Shown here one piece after another: positions 1-10,377 of a stretch of 64,000 bases of DNA. A program made the translations under genes and the position numbers. This DNA is from Bulleidia sp. GTDB lineage: Bacteria; Bacteroidota; Bacteroidia; Bacteroidales; UBA932. The DNA is taken from NCBI GenBank assembly GCA_963623745.1, contig CAVFMX010000046.1, forward strand, positions 201-64,200, written 5' to 3'. The notes below the pieces were generated by a model. The model did no database searches and was not told where the DNA came from. It worked only from the letters and a program-made list of their open reading frames with translations. Positions within the stretch are counted from its first letter, which is position 1; each line of letters starts with the position of its first letter.

Positions 1-771
1 GAGGGCACTGACAGCCATCGGCATGGCGAACTTGGCCGCCCCGCCGATCCTTGCCGCAATCCTGAGGGATCTCGGGCCGTTCTTCGCCGAGAGTTCCTTG
101 GTCAGCTCGAACACGCTGAACTCCCGGCTGACACCGACATTCCGCTCGATGTCCGCCACAGTGATCTGTTTTGTCCCTTCCGGCAGGTTTTTCAGCATCT
201 TGTCGGTCTCGACAGCGATCCGCCCCAGATTCGTCCCGGCCGACTCCGCCAGCAGAGCAGCGGCCTCGGGATCAATGGACAGTCCCCGGTCGGAATAATA
301 CCGGGAGATCCAGGAAGGCATCTCGTAGTCCCTCAACGCGTCGGATTCCACCACGATCCCGTTTTTGGAAGCCTGTTTGTACAACGCCTTCCGCTTGTCT
401 GCCGAAGCCCCGCGCATCAGAAGCACAAGGACAGTGGAATCCAGAGGATTCTCGCAATAGATGGAGAGTTTCTCCAGATCCCGCATAGCCTGAGCGTCCT
501 TGACCACCACAAGCTGCCTTTCGGCCATCATAGGGAACCTGCGGGCGGCCGTGATGACAGTGTCCGCATCCACATCCGCACCATAGCAGATTGTCTCGTT
601 GAAATCCCGTGAGGCCTCGTCGAGGGCGTTATCCACAACCGCGTCGCAGACCATGTCCGTGTAGTACGGCTCGTCCCCCATCAGAAGATAGACGGGGGCG
701 AACTGTCCTGACCTGACAGCGGTGATTATCTCACGGCACTGACTGCCGGCGTCAACTGTACCTTTAGCCAT
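1..771 (-). CDS. holA: DNA polymerase III delta subunit (3' end runs off the window)
   Basis: Not in the ORF track. Manual translation from ATG at 771 gives MAKGTVDAGSQCREIITAVRSGQFAPVYLLMGDEPYY...ARRFPMMAERQLVVVKDAQ...NLGRIAVETDK, typical of Bacteroidetes HolA. The frame is open to the window edge. Confidence 0.92.
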   Translation of the reverse strand, partial: MAKGTVDAGSQCREIITAVRSGQFAPVYLLMGDEPYYTDMVCDAVVDNALDEASRDFNETICYGADVDADTVITAARRFPMMAERQLVVVKDAQAMRDLEKLSIYCENPLDSTVLVLLMRGASADKRKALYKQASKNGIVVESDALRDYEMPSWISRYYSDRGLSIDPEAAALLAESAGTNLGRIAVETDKMLKNLPEGTKQITVADIERNVGVSREFSVFELTKELSAKNGPRSLRIAARIGGAAKFAMPMAVSAL

Positions 772-782
772 CGAAGGCTTCT

Positions 783-3050
783 TTAATAATTGAGATCCAA
801 CGTCTTGCGGATGTCCGCCGACGAAGCGCCGACAAGAATCCTGTAGTTGCCTCTCTCGGCCACCCAGTCGTGCTTCCCGGCATCGAAATAGCTGATGGAA
901 GCCTTGTCCAAGGTGACTTTCACCTCGCCCGACTTGCCTGGCTCAAGGAATATCTTGCCGAAACCCTTGAGTTCCTTCACAGGACGCTCGACCGAACTCT
1001 CAAGCGCGCTGACATAGACCTGCACGATCTCCGCGCCGGCCACAGAACCGGTGTTCCTGACAGGAACCGTGACGGTCAGACCCTTGTCGATCGAGCCGGA
1101 AGTCTTCGGCTCGTCATATTCAAAAGCGGTGTAGCTGAGACCGTGGCCGAACGGGAACGCCGGCTTGACGGCACCGCGCTCGAACCAACGGTAGCCCACG
1201 AAGATTCCTTCCGTGTAGGTCTCGTCGTAGATGATCTTGTCCTGAATGCCCATCTTGACGGTCTCCTTGCGAGGGATCCCCGGGTACTGGATCTCAGACC
1301 GGACAGGATAGTCGGCAAGCGTCGCGCCGATCGTGAACGGAAGTTTGCCGGAAGGGGTCACATCGCCGGAAAGCACATCGGCAAGGGAATGTCCGGCCTC
1401 GCTTCCGAGGTACCAGTCCTGAACTATCCCCCGCACCCTGTCAGCCCACGGCATCGCCACGGCGTTCCCTGAGATGTTCACCACCACCAGATTTGGATTG
1501 GCGTCGGCAAGAGCTTCAATCACCGCGTCCTGTGAATATGGCAGGCCGTAGCTTTCCCTGTCGGAACTCTCCGCGTCCTGATGCGCGCTCTTGTTCAGAC
1601 CTCCGATGAACACCACATAGTCAGCCCTCTTGGCGGCGGCCACGGCATCCGCGATCAGCCTCTCCGCAGTACGGCTCTCACTGAGGTCCTGTCCGGTGGT
1701 CACGCCATTGTACTGGCCGCCGGTGTCGCCGACATAACCGCGCTCATAGATGACCTCCGAGCCCGTGAACCTTTCCCGGATTCCGTCAAGAGGAGAGACC
1801 TCGTTCTTGACCTTGAGAGAGGAGCTTCCTCCGCCGACGGTCATCATCTTGACGGCGTTCTCGCCGACGACAAGAATCTTTTTCGCATCCTTTATCGGAA
1901 GGATTCCGCCGTCATTCTTGAGAAGCACGATGGACTCTGCCCCGATCCTTCTGGCTGCGGCAATGTGTTCCGGACTCACGAACGAACCGAAAGGACGGTT
2001 CCTGTCCATGACAGTGCGGAACATAAGCCTCAGAACCCTGCGGACCTTGCCATCAAGCACGTCCATGCCGTACTTGCCCTCATTGAGGCCTTTCAGGTAA
2101 GGGCCGGAGAGGTTATAGCTGTCGTAGGCGTTTGAGACAGACCAGCTCAGTCCGTTGGTGTAGGTGCCGAACTCCATGTCCAGACCATTGTTCACGGCCT
2201 GATCCGTGTCGTGGGTTCCGCCCCAGTCGCTGATCACGACACCGTCGAAACCCCACTCGCCCTTGAGGATGTCGTTCAGGGTGTACTGGTTCTGGCAGCA
2301 CCACTGGTTCCTGTAAAGATTGTAGGAACCCATTATCGCCCAAGCTTTTCCCTCGGTGACAGCTGCCTTGAAGGCCGGAAGATAGATCTCGTAGAGAGTC
2401 CTGTCATCCACAGTCACGTTTGTCGTGAACCTGTTGAGCTCCTGATTGTTGAGAGCGAAATGCTTCACGCAGGCCGCCACCCCGTTGCTCTGGACTCCCT
2501 GAACGTACGGCACGACCATGCGTCCCGAAAGGTAAGGATCTTCACCCATATATTCAAAGCCGCGTCCGTTGAGAGGGGTTCTGCAGATGTTGACTCCAGG
2601 TCCCAGAAGCACGTCCTTCTTGCGGTAGCGCGCCTCCTCGCCGATGCTCCTGCCGTAAAGCGCCGACATCTCCGTGTTCCAAGTGGCGGCAAGAGCCGTC
2701 AAAGCGGGGAAAGCCGTGCAGGAGTCACTGGTCCACCCCGCCTGGCTCCATTTGTCCCAAAGGACCTCCGCGCGGATTCCGTGGGGGCCGTCGGTGGTCC
2801 AGACCTCCGGGATGCCAAGTCTGGGCACTCCGGCGGAGCTGAACTTGGACTGGGCGTGCAGCACGGCCACCTTCTCCTCGGTCGTCATCCTTGAGAGGAC
2901 GTCCTCCACCCTATCCTCGATTGTTTTCGTCTCATCAAGAAAGACAGGCCCGCCGTTTCCGGCAGCCTGTCTTCCGACACCTCTCTGCTGACAGCACGCA
3001 GTCACGATTCCCGCCACGGCCATCATGCCAAAAATCAGTCCGGTTTTCAT
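783..3050 (-). CDS. Glycoside hydrolase family 3 beta-glucosidase, probable lipoprotein
   Basis: TDGPHG, GRGFEYMGEDP, KHF, ISDWG (nucleophile) and IVLLKN motifs, C-terminal Fn3-like region (QVYV..RPVKELKGF). N-terminal signal ends in a Cys. Confidence 0.93.
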   Translation of the reverse strand: MKTGLIFGMMAVAGIVTACCQQRGVGRQAAGNGGPVFLDETKTIEDRVEDVLSRMTTEEKVAVLHAQSKFSSAGVPRLGIPEVWTTDGPHGIRAEVLWDKWSQAGWTSDSCTAFPALTALAATWNTEMSALYGRSIGEEARYRKKDVLLGPGVNICRTPLNGRGFEYMGEDPYLSGRMVVPYVQGVQSNGVAACVKHFALNNQELNRFTTNVTVDDRTLYEIYLPAFKAAVTEGKAWAIMGSYNLYRNQWCCQNQYTLNDILKGEWGFDGVVISDWGGTHDTDQAVNNGLDMEFGTYTNGLSWSVSNAYDSYNLSGPYLKGLNEGKYGMDVLDGKVRRVLRLMFRTVMDRNRPFGSFVSPEHIAAARRIGAESIVLLKNDGGILPIKDAKKILVVGENAVKMMTVGGGSSSLKVKNEVSPLDGIRERFTGSEVIYERGYVGDTGGQYNGVTTGQDLSESRTAERLIADAVAAAKRADYVVFIGGLNKSAHQDAESSDRESYGLPYSQDAVIEALADANPNLVVVNISGNAVAMPWADRVRGIVQDWYLGSEAGHSLADVLSGDVTPSGKLPFTIGATLADYPVRSEIQYPGIPRKETVKMGIQDKIIYDETYTEGIFVGYRWFERGAVKPAFPFGHGLSYTAFEYDEPKTSGSIDKGLTVTVPVRNTGSVAGAEIVQVYVSALESSVERPVKELKGFGKIFLEPGKSGEVKVTLDKASISYFDAGKHDWVAERGNYRILVGASSADIRKTLDLNY

Positions 3051-3344
3051 TTATGCTTCGAATTTCTTTTCTTTTGTCCTTACGATCTTCTCCTTCATCA
3101 GATCGACAGCGGCGCTGACGGCATCCTCGAAAGAGGCGGAATTCCTTTCGATGACAAGGTCCTGACCATAAGCCCTTGCCTGAATCCTGACATTCTTGTT
3201 GTCCGGCTCCTTGAGCAAAGATAAGGTCACCTCCATTCCGTCAAGGCTTTCGCTGAATCTGGAAAGCTTCGAGACCTTTTTCTCCACATAGTCGAGCAGT
3301 TTCTGATCCGCGTCGAACTTCAGGGATTTTACTCTAATCTCCAT
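3051..3344 (-). CDS. hpf: Ribosome hibernation factor HPF/RaiA (short form)
   Basis: MEIRVKSLKFDADQKLLDYVEKKVSKL...SFEDAVSAAVD. Follows xerC as in other Bacteroidetes. Start moved to ATG 3344. Confidence 0.88.
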   Translation of the reverse strand: MEIRVKSLKFDADQKLLDYVEKKVSKLSRFSESLDGMEVTLSLLKEPDNKNVRIQARAYGQDLVIERNSASFEDAVSAAVDLMKEKIVRTKEKKFEA

Positions 3345-4308
3345 TTTTACCTCCGCTTTTTGCCCTTGGATGGGCGTTAACATAAACTTTTTTCAGTTTC
3401 TCGACGGTGTTGTGCGTGTAAACCTGCGTCGCGGCGAGCGAAGAGTGTCCCAAAAGCTCCTTTATCGAGTTGAGATCCGCCCCCTCGTCCAGAAGTTCAG
3501 TGGCGAGGGAATGCCTCAGCACATGTGGAGACTTTCTCCCGGTGATGCTTCCGATCCGCCCAAGCGCTCTCTTTATCGCCCTGTCCACAAAAACCGGATA
3601 GAGTTTCAGACCCTTGCCGGTGACTGCCAAAGGCTCGTCCGCCGATCTCGCGCGGCCGACCATCGTTTCAACTGATTGTAAATATAATGAAATTTCCTTA
3701 CACAGCGAAGAAACCAGCGGAATTTCTCTCACCTTGTCACCTTTCCCCCTCACCGTCATCGTCCGCCGGGAGAAATCCACGTCCCCTATCCGGAGGCCGA
3801 TCAGCTCCGCCCGCCGCATCCCAGTGCAAAAAAGCACCGACACGATGAGCCTCTCCAGTCTTCTTGAATATGCCAGCCCAGAGGCCTTGTCAGTCCCAGT
3901 GACCAGCGTCAGGTTCTCTTCGGACGCGTCACAGTCCGTCCCGGCGAAATATTCTTTCATCGCCTCCTCCCTGTAGAACTCCGGCAGCCTTTTTTCCGCC
4001 TTGGGCTTCGCCACTGCGCGCACCGGATTGGCAGTCAGCTTCTTCTCTTTCATCAGGTAGCGGCAGAACCCGGACAGCACCGACAGGTGCAGCCTCACCG
4101 TCCGGGGGCAGTCCTTCCTTTCCTCCATGAGGAAAACCTCATAGCTCCTGATGACCTGAGGGCGGAGCGACTCCAGCAGAGCCTCATCGCTTCCCGCCCC
4201 GCGGAACTCCGCGAACCCGGACAGCGCATCCGAATAGATCGCCCGCGTCCGGAAAGAGTATCTCCGGATGTCCCTGATGTAGGAAAGATAATCTTCAATC
4301 AACCCCAT
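3334..4308 (-). CDS. xerC: Tyrosine recombinase, XerC-like
   Basis: Catalytic motifs TGMRRAEL, GKGDK, SPHVLRHSLAT and LLGHSSLAATQVYTH. Chromosomal xerC-hpf context. Confidence 0.85.
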   Translation of the reverse strand: MGLIEDYLSYIRDIRRYSFRTRAIYSDALSGFAEFRGAGSDEALLESLRPQVIRSYEVFLMEERKDCPRTVRLHLSVLSGFCRYLMKEKKLTANPVRAVAKPKAEKRLPEFYREEAMKEYFAGTDCDASEENLTLVTGTDKASGLAYSRRLERLIVSVLFCTGMRRAELIGLRIGDVDFSRRTMTVRGKGDKVREIPLVSSLCKEISLYLQSVETMVGRARSADEPLAVTGKGLKLYPVFVDRAIKRALGRIGSITGRKSPHVLRHSLATELLDEGADLNSIKELLGHSSLAATQVYTHNTVEKLKKVYVNAHPRAKSGGKNGD

Positions 4309-4448
4309 GTCACGATTCCGCATTCATGAATAATGGCTGTAAATTTACGAATATTCACGAATATTCCCGGGGTCGCCGGCACCTCACCGCGCAATACCGC
4401 GCAATGAAGTAGGAAATCGTCCGGACTTTGCGTACCTTTGCCGGCATC

Positions 4449-5123
4449 ATGAGAAAACTTATCATCTTACAGACGGCAGTGCTGCTGGCATTGTGCGTCT
4501 CCTGCACCGGAGCCGCCGATGGACCGGCCCTGCGGAGCGGGGATCTGCTTTTTGTCCGGATTCCGTCCGGCTACAACCTTGGCGAGGACTCCATGTCAGA
4601 GGCCATCGCCTCTTCCACATCCGGCGCTGACTCCTCAAAAATGACAATCCATGTCGCCATGCTTGAGGTGAGGGGAGACTCCACATGGATCATCGACGCC
4701 ACCATAAAGCGCGGGGTCGCCAGATACCCGCTGGACACCTTCCTGACGGACTTCACCCTAAAGGACGGAAGCCTCCCCGTTCTGGAAGTCAAAAGACCCC
4801 GGGTCAGCGGGAAGCAGGCCCTCAGGTTCGTGGAGAACGCGAAGAGTTTCATCGGCCAGCCCTATGACGTGCATTTCCTGCCGGACAACGGAGCCATGTA
4901 CTGCAGCGAGCTGGTCTATCACTCCTGCGTCACCTCCGACGGTTCCCACCTTTTCAGCGAGTACCCGATGAACTTCCTTGCTCCCGACGGGCATATGCCC
5001 CAGTACTGGACCCAGCTTTTCGCACTTCTGGGTCAGGAAGTTCCGCAAGGCGTCATGGGAACCAACCCGCAGGCAATGTCCGCGGAACCCGTCCTGAAGG
5101 ATGTCGGCGTGCTCAGGCGGTGA
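4449..5123 (+). CDS. YiiX/YebB-like permuted papain-like (NlpC/P60) amidase lipoprotein
   Basis: LRSGDLLF, HVAM (His before Cys), GQPYD and MYCSELV motifs. Lipobox-like LCVSC. TACCTTTG promoter at 4433-4440. Confidence 0.82.
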   Translation: MRKLIILQTAVLLALCVSCTGAADGPALRSGDLLFVRIPSGYNLGEDSMSEAIASSTSGADSSKMTIHVAMLEVRGDSTWIIDATIKRGVARYPLDTFLTDFTLKDGSLPVLEVKRPRVSGKQALRFVENAKSFIGQPYDVHFLPDNGAMYCSELVYHSCVTSDGSHLFSEYPMNFLAPDGHMPQYWTQLFALLGQEVPQGVMGTNPQAMSAEPVLKDVGVLRR

Positions 5124-5150
5124 CCCGGCATAACTTTTTTCTTACGGCGG

Positions 5151-6818
5151 TCAGGAAATCTGACGGGAGAGGCAGCGGGCGAGGGCGGCTAAAAGGATGA
5201 GGACGGCCATGAGGGTGGAGAGACGGCCGATGAAGTCACCATGGACGACGAAGAAAGTCTGAACGTCACATAGGCCGACCGTGCCTCTCAATGTCTCCGG
5301 CTGCCACCAGGATGTGCGGGAGACCACTTCACCTGACGGGTCGATGATGGCGGAGATGCCGGTGTTGGCGCTGCGGGCGATCCAGCGGCGGGTCTCTATG
5401 GCGCGGAGACGGGAATACGACAGGTGCTGGACATAGCCGGGAGTGTCGCCCCACCATGCGTCGTTGGTGATCACGGCCAGAAGCCGGGCGCCGCCGCGGA
5501 CATATTCAGTGCAGTACTCCCCATAGACCGATTCGTAGCAGACGGCGCAGCCGACGGGGAAGGTCTCCCTGACGGCGACGGCCCCCTCGGCAGCGAAACC
5601 ATCGGTGCCGGAAACTGAGGCGGCATCACCGGAAACGGGAGCATATTCATTGAAATGCAGCGGTGTGGCCTTTCCCTGACCTACGCAGCGTCCCATCACC
5701 CCTCCGAGCCAGTCGTCCACCTTGCGGAAGAACGCCGGATAGGGAGTCATCTCAACCCCCACTACAAGCTTGCTTTTATGGAAAATCTCCGGAGAACTGA
5801 ACGCATCCAGCATCAGGGCGGAGTTGTGCGTCTCCATCCAGCCCCCGTCGCCGGCGCGGCGGGCCGTGTGGGACGGTCTCAATGCCCTCTTCAGATAGGT
5901 TCGTGAAGAGGCTCCTACAAGCAGGCTGGCATTGGGATGTCCGGCAAGAAAGGACGTGAACCGCCGTACGGTAGGGCTGGAGGACGGATCGTTGGTCACC
6001 ACGTCCCCCGTGAAGGTCTCAGGAGCCACCAGAAGCACCGGCACGCTGTCCGGAATGTCAGCGAACTGACCTATCAGCAATTCATTCTGCTCATCCTGCG
6101 TCATGCCTCCGAACTTGTCGTACGGATCGATGTTCGGCTGCGCGATGACAACGTCAAGGGTCTCTTCACAAGGCTCCGGCTTCAGGAACATCGACAGGAC
6201 GGGAGGTGCGACGAACAGCGTCAGCGTGCCGAGAATAGCCGCCGACTTCGCCTTCATGTTGAATGTCTTCCAACGTCCGGAAGTCAGGGATTCAAGGATC
6301 CCGGACACGCTGAGATTGGCAGCCCAGACAAGCAGCGAGCCGCCGAGCGTGCCGGTGTACTCATACCATTGGATCCACCCCGTGGTGCGGGCGAAGGCGT
6401 TTCCGAGCACGAGCCAGGGCCAGCTGATCTGCGCGGTTGTGAGGTACCACCGCTCCCACGCGATCCAGGCAAAGGCAAGGAATATGTACGGAAGCGCACC
6501 GCCGAGCCTCTTGCGGCTCCAACGGAACAGCCCGAAGACCAGCGACATCTGAAAGGCGTTGGCGAGGATCGCGAAAATCCCCCCGCCGACCGTGGCATTG
6601 CAGACCCAGAAGGTCGTCGCCGCGTTCCAGAGCGCGAAGCACAGGTAATGCCACAGGCAGAACCCTTTCATTCCGTCCGCAGAGGCGATTTTCTCCGCCC
6701 GAAGCAGAGGGACAAAGGCCACCAGGGACAGCCAGCCCGTCCCCGGAACCAGGAACGGAACACTCAAAAGAGCCGATGACAGAAGCACCGGCAACAGGAT
6801 TGTCAATTTTCCGTACAT
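5151..6818 (-). CDS. lnt: Apolipoprotein N-acyltransferase
   Basis: Multi-TM N-terminus with WPWLVLG and QPNI. Nitrilase triad APET / HKSKLV / VCYES, then NDAWW and RSANTGISA. Confidence 0.92.
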   Translation of the reverse strand: MYGKLTILLPVLLSSALLSVPFLVPGTGWLSLVAFVPLLRAEKIASADGMKGFCLWHYLCFALWNAATTFWVCNATVGGGIFAILANAFQMSLVFGLFRWSRKRLGGALPYIFLAFAWIAWERWYLTTAQISWPWLVLGNAFARTTGWIQWYEYTGTLGGSLLVWAANLSVSGILESLTSGRWKTFNMKAKSAAILGTLTLFVAPPVLSMFLKPEPCEETLDVVIAQPNIDPYDKFGGMTQDEQNELLIGQFADIPDSVPVLLVAPETFTGDVVTNDPSSSPTVRRFTSFLAGHPNASLLVGASSRTYLKRALRPSHTARRAGDGGWMETHNSALMLDAFSSPEIFHKSKLVVGVEMTPYPAFFRKVDDWLGGVMGRCVGQGKATPLHFNEYAPVSGDAASVSGTDGFAAEGAVAVRETFPVGCAVCYESVYGEYCTEYVRGGARLLAVITNDAWWGDTPGYVQHLSYSRLRAIETRRWIARSANTGISAIIDPSGEVVSRTSWWQPETLRGTVGLCDVQTFFVVHGDFIGRLSTLMAVLILLAALARCLSRQIS

Positions 6819-6826
6819 GTCACGTG

Positions 6827-6834
6827 CAAAGATA
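6827..6834 (-). promoter_or_regulatory. Bacteroidetes sigmaA -7 element (TATCTTTG) for lnt
   Basis: Exact TAnnTTTG match 8 nt upstream of the lnt ATG. Confidence 0.55.
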
Positions 6835-6839
6835 AGGCG

Positions 6840-9374
6840 TCAGAACCGGAACTCCAAACCGAAGTTGACCACAAAGCGGTTGTCATGCGGAACCTTCACG
6901 CCGTCCTTCAACTCGTAGCGGTGGGTCATCCTCCAGAAGGTGTCGATGCGGAGGACTCTGAAGATGTTCGTGACACCCACGCCCATCTCCACGTAAGGAC
7001 GGTTGAGCTTGTCCATCTTCTCCGGGAAAAGCATCACGGAACCGAAGGAATCATCCCCCCTTATCCCGTTGTTCTCCTTCCGGATCGTGCCGTAGGCGGC
7101 CCTCACGGAAGCCACCTCGCGCCATTGCAGCCTTCGCAGCAGAGGAATCTTCCCGAGGAAGAATCCCTTGAAGTTATGTTCCCAGAACAAGGTCGTCCAC
7201 AGGTCGGAGGCGAACTCGTAGTAGTTCATGCAGGCAAACGAATGCCTTGAGAATGTGTAGGTTCCGTTACCTTCATGGATCTTGAGCATCGGGTACGGCA
7301 CCCTCCCTATGATCATTCCCGTGTTCAGGTCGAACCGGGAAAGTCCCACAGGCGGAACCGTCAGGGTGTACTGGACCGTCAGTTCGGGACGGAAGCAGGA
7401 ATATTCATTCTTCCCTATCCCTTTCGCCGATCCGATGAAATCGAATGTCACCACCGGGTACTTGGAGTACATGTAGTACTTTTCGAAAGCGCCACGGGTC
7501 ACGATCTCATCTTTCGAGAAGCGAAGCTGCGCATGCGCCTGGTTGTACCCGACCGAGTTGAACACCTTCCCGTCCGGAGAGACCATCGGCACAAATCTGT
7601 TCGAGAAGATCCGGCGGCTCTCCAAGGCGAGGATCATGTTGAAATTCTGGGACCACTCCTTCTGGAAGGACATGGCGTAGTCATTCACCATGCTCATCTT
7701 CTGGCTGTTGGCTTTGGTGAGGATTGAGGACACCAGACTTCCGCTGCCATAGACCGTAGGTCCGCTGCCGAGCTGCATCACATCGTGCTTGTACGACAAG
7801 GTCAGTTTGGCGGTCGGCTGGTTGTTGAACATGTACTCAAATGTCCCCCCTCCCTTCAAGGTCCTGTCCTTGAAGCCGTAGGCGGCGTAACCCATGACCC
7901 TGAACCTCCTGCTGAACTCCTTGGTCGTCCTCACGCCCAACTGGACGCGTCCTCCCTCCAGATCGTTGAAACTGAACAGTGATGAGTACGGGCCGAATCC
8001 GACATATTTCGTGTTCAGGAATCCGTTGACGAGCATGTCGGCCACGGCATAGACATCCTTGTAGAGAGGAACCTGCTTGATGGAGTCCACCATGTCGTAG
8101 ATTCCCTGCTCCTTCTCGCTCAAAGGGTAGGGCCTGACACTCTGCCAGTAGTTCTCGTCATTGTTGATCACATCCTTCCCGGCCTGCACCTGGGCGCTGA
8201 TGTCGTCCCTGTCATCCCTGTAGGTGGTGGTGAAATCCGGATTCGAATAGTCTATCTGCCTGTTGCCCAAGAAAGTGACCATCTTCGAGGAATCACGTGT
8301 CGTGAGCGAGAAGTCCACGTACATCCTGTCCTGCTTGTAGAACCACGTCGAATCCGGCAGGCGGCGGTTCTCCACATCGATGGTCATGTCCCTGACCCAG
8401 TTCACGTTGGAACCTTTCTTAAGCCGCACATGGATGTCCCGGAGGGCATATTCCCCGGCATCGATGGACATCTCGCCGTCGAATGTCGGCGAGGAGACCC
8501 ATCGGGAAGGATGGAAGCGGATCTTGTAGGTCTTGCGCCCCTCCACCTGAAGGCTGTCAACCAGATAGTAGTTGTAATATGTCATTCCGGAGGAGGACAG
8601 CGGCGACGGGATCTCCACCTGAAAGATGTTGATGTAGTTGTCGTAGAAATTCGTCTTCACGTACATGTTGCCCGTGAACTGAGACAGGACCGGATTCCTG
8701 TCCACCCCCGAGATCCTGGACGCGGTGATGACCTCCCTGTCGGACGGAGGATCCTTCCTGTGGTAGTACCGGGAAGTCGTCTCGGAGATCAGCACCGGAA
8801 GGTAAGGATGGCCGGAGACCACGGATGTGTCCATGTAGTCATAGACGAACCTGAAGGACTTCGGGAGGAAACTGCTGATCATCGGGTTCTCCGGATTGGT
8901 GACATCCAGCTCCATCTTCGTGTAGACATCACAGCTGTACAGACGGCGCTTCTCGGGATTGTTCCTCTCCTTGGCCTCGTCGATTTTCCGGAGGATCGAC
9001 CGCATGTACCGGTCATCCGGCTTCACGACAGCCGCGTTGAGTTCGTCATGGACTGGTCTCAGTCTGAAATTCACCTCGTTGAAACTATGCAGGTTCACTT
9101 TCGTCACCTGCTCCTCGTAGCCAAGGATGGAGGCGGACAGCAATGACAGCGTGTCCCTGGTCTCCAGAAAGAAGTACCCGTCCAGATCGGCCGAGACTCC
9201 GACCGTGGAGTTCTTGAAATAGATCCCCGCGAACGGGATGCCCTCGCCCGTGGACGCGTCCACCACACGTCCCTTGACCTTTGTGGCCTGGGCTGCGGCA
9301 TTGTCAGGAGACAAGGCCGCCAGAAGAACGGTGACAGACAGGATTCGAAGTATGTGTCTCAAACTTGATGTCAT
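6840..9374 (-). CDS. Outer-membrane protein with N-terminal carboxypeptidase-regulatory-like domain and DUF5686 barrel
   Basis: Signal peptide, VKGRVVDASTGEGIPFA...SILGYE, YTKMELD and TNFYDNY. C-terminal aromatic ending FGLEFRF. Confidence 0.8.
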   Translation of the reverse strand: MTSSLRHILRILSVTVLLAALSPDNAAAQATKVKGRVVDASTGEGIPFAGIYFKNSTVGVSADLDGYFFLETRDTLSLLSASILGYEEQVTKVNLHSFNEVNFRLRPVHDELNAAVVKPDDRYMRSILRKIDEAKERNNPEKRRLYSCDVYTKMELDVTNPENPMISSFLPKSFRFVYDYMDTSVVSGHPYLPVLISETTSRYYHRKDPPSDREVITASRISGVDRNPVLSQFTGNMYVKTNFYDNYINIFQVEIPSPLSSSGMTYYNYYLVDSLQVEGRKTYKIRFHPSRWVSSPTFDGEMSIDAGEYALRDIHVRLKKGSNVNWVRDMTIDVENRRLPDSTWFYKQDRMYVDFSLTTRDSSKMVTFLGNRQIDYSNPDFTTTYRDDRDDISAQVQAGKDVINNDENYWQSVRPYPLSEKEQGIYDMVDSIKQVPLYKDVYAVADMLVNGFLNTKYVGFGPYSSLFSFNDLEGGRVQLGVRTTKEFSRRFRVMGYAAYGFKDRTLKGGGTFEYMFNNQPTAKLTLSYKHDVMQLGSGPTVYGSGSLVSSILTKANSQKMSMVNDYAMSFQKEWSQNFNMILALESRRIFSNRFVPMVSPDGKVFNSVGYNQAHAQLRFSKDEIVTRGAFEKYYMYSKYPVVTFDFIGSAKGIGKNEYSCFRPELTVQYTLTVPPVGLSRFDLNTGMIIGRVPYPMLKIHEGNGTYTFSRHSFACMNYYEFASDLWTTLFWEHNFKGFFLGKIPLLRRLQWREVASVRAAYGTIRKENNGIRGDDSFGSVMLFPEKMDKLNRPYVEMGVGVTNIFRVLRIDTFWRMTHRYELKDGVKVPHDNRFVVNFGLEFRF

Positions 9375-9396
9375 AGCGTTGTCCGGAAGACCGGGA

Positions 9397-9801
9397 TCAC
9401 CGGATCCTGTCGATCTTCAACTGTTGGATCTTGTACCGGTCGCCGCAGTTGCTGACGAAGATCGTGACCTCAAAAACCTCTCCTCCGGCGTTCAGGAATC
9501 CGAGGGCGTACTTGGAGTTGGACCGCGACGCCGTGTGCTGGATCTCGAACGAGCGGGGAGTGTGTTTGTCGAAGAAGGCCTTGAGGATCTGCTTAGCCTG
9601 ATTCTTGCTGGAATCATTGGTCGTGGACATGATCGTTATCTCAAGATTGTCGTCGAACCAGACCGACAGCCGTTCCGCGTCTCCCCGTCCAAGGTACTTC
9701 GCGATCGGCACGAACACGTCGTAATTGTCGGCGGCCGCATTGCCGCCGGCGCAGGACAGAAGCACGGAAACCGCGACGAATATCTTTGCGATGACCTTCA
9801 T
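9397..9801 (-). CDS. DUF4783 domain secreted protein
   Basis: Signal peptide, LSVWFDDNLEITI...SKNQAKQILKAFF..HTPRSF. Confidence 0.75.
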   Translation of the reverse strand: MKVIAKIFVAVSVLLSCAGGNAAADNYDVFVPIAKYLGRGDAERLSVWFDDNLEITIMSTTNDSSKNQAKQILKAFFDKHTPRSFEIQHTASRSNSKYALGFLNAGGEVFEVTIFVSNCGDRYKIQQLKIDRIR

Positions 9802-9903
9802 GGTAAAATGTGTGCTTCCTTACAAATTCCGAGCCACTTCCCTTTAAATCTTTCTTGAAAAATCAAATCACCTTTGTTATTTTTGTACCGTAAGTTGACG
9901 GTC

Positions 9904-10377
9904 ATGAGAATCATCTTGCTGACAGTAGGTAAGACCGACATAGCATGGGTACGTGAGGGTCTGGAGACATATTCCTCCAGGCTGTCGCATTACGTGCCGT
10001 TCAGCGTCAACGGGATTCCCGAACTCAGGAACACGTCCGCTCTCAGCAAGGCTCAGATCAAGGACAGGGAAGGTGAACTCATCCTCAAGAACATAAAGCC
10101 TTCGGACAGGGTCATCCTGCTGGACGAGCACGGAAAGGAGTACCGTTCGGTAGAGTTCGCCGAGGAGCTCGTGAAGATGACCGCCGGAGGCGGCAAGGAC
10201 ATCGTGTTCGTGATCGGCGGAGCCTACGGCTTCAGTGACGCGGTCTATGCCAGATGCGACGGGAAGATGTCCCTTTCGAGGATGACCTTCTCACACCAGA
10301 TGGTCAGGGTGATCTTCACGGAGCAGCTTTACAGGGCGTTCACCATAATCAAAGGAGAACCTTACCATCACGAATGA
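9904..10377 (+). CDS. rlmH: 23S rRNA pseudouridine-1915 N3-methyltransferase
   Basis: LLDEHGK, FVIGGAYG, SLSRMTFSHQMVR and EQLYRAFTIIKGEPYHHE. Confidence 0.96.
   Translation: MRIILLTVGKTDIAWVREGLETYSSRLSHYVPFSVNGIPELRNTSALSKAQIKDREGELILKNIKPSDRVILLDEHGKEYRSVEFAEELVKMTAGGGKDIVFVIGGAYGFSDAVYARCDGKMSLSRMTFSHQMVRVIFTEQLYRAFTIIKGEPYHHE

Noticed and set aside
3334..4308. Tyrosine recombinase as a mobile-element integrase or invertase
   Set aside because: It has the housekeeping xerC-hpf arrangement. No att sites, cargo genes or invertible-promoter repeats were seen.
4347..4406. Short tandem duplications ACGAATATTC x2 and CCGCGCAAT x2
   Set aside because: Only two copies each with no spacers. Not a CRISPR array and no supportable function.
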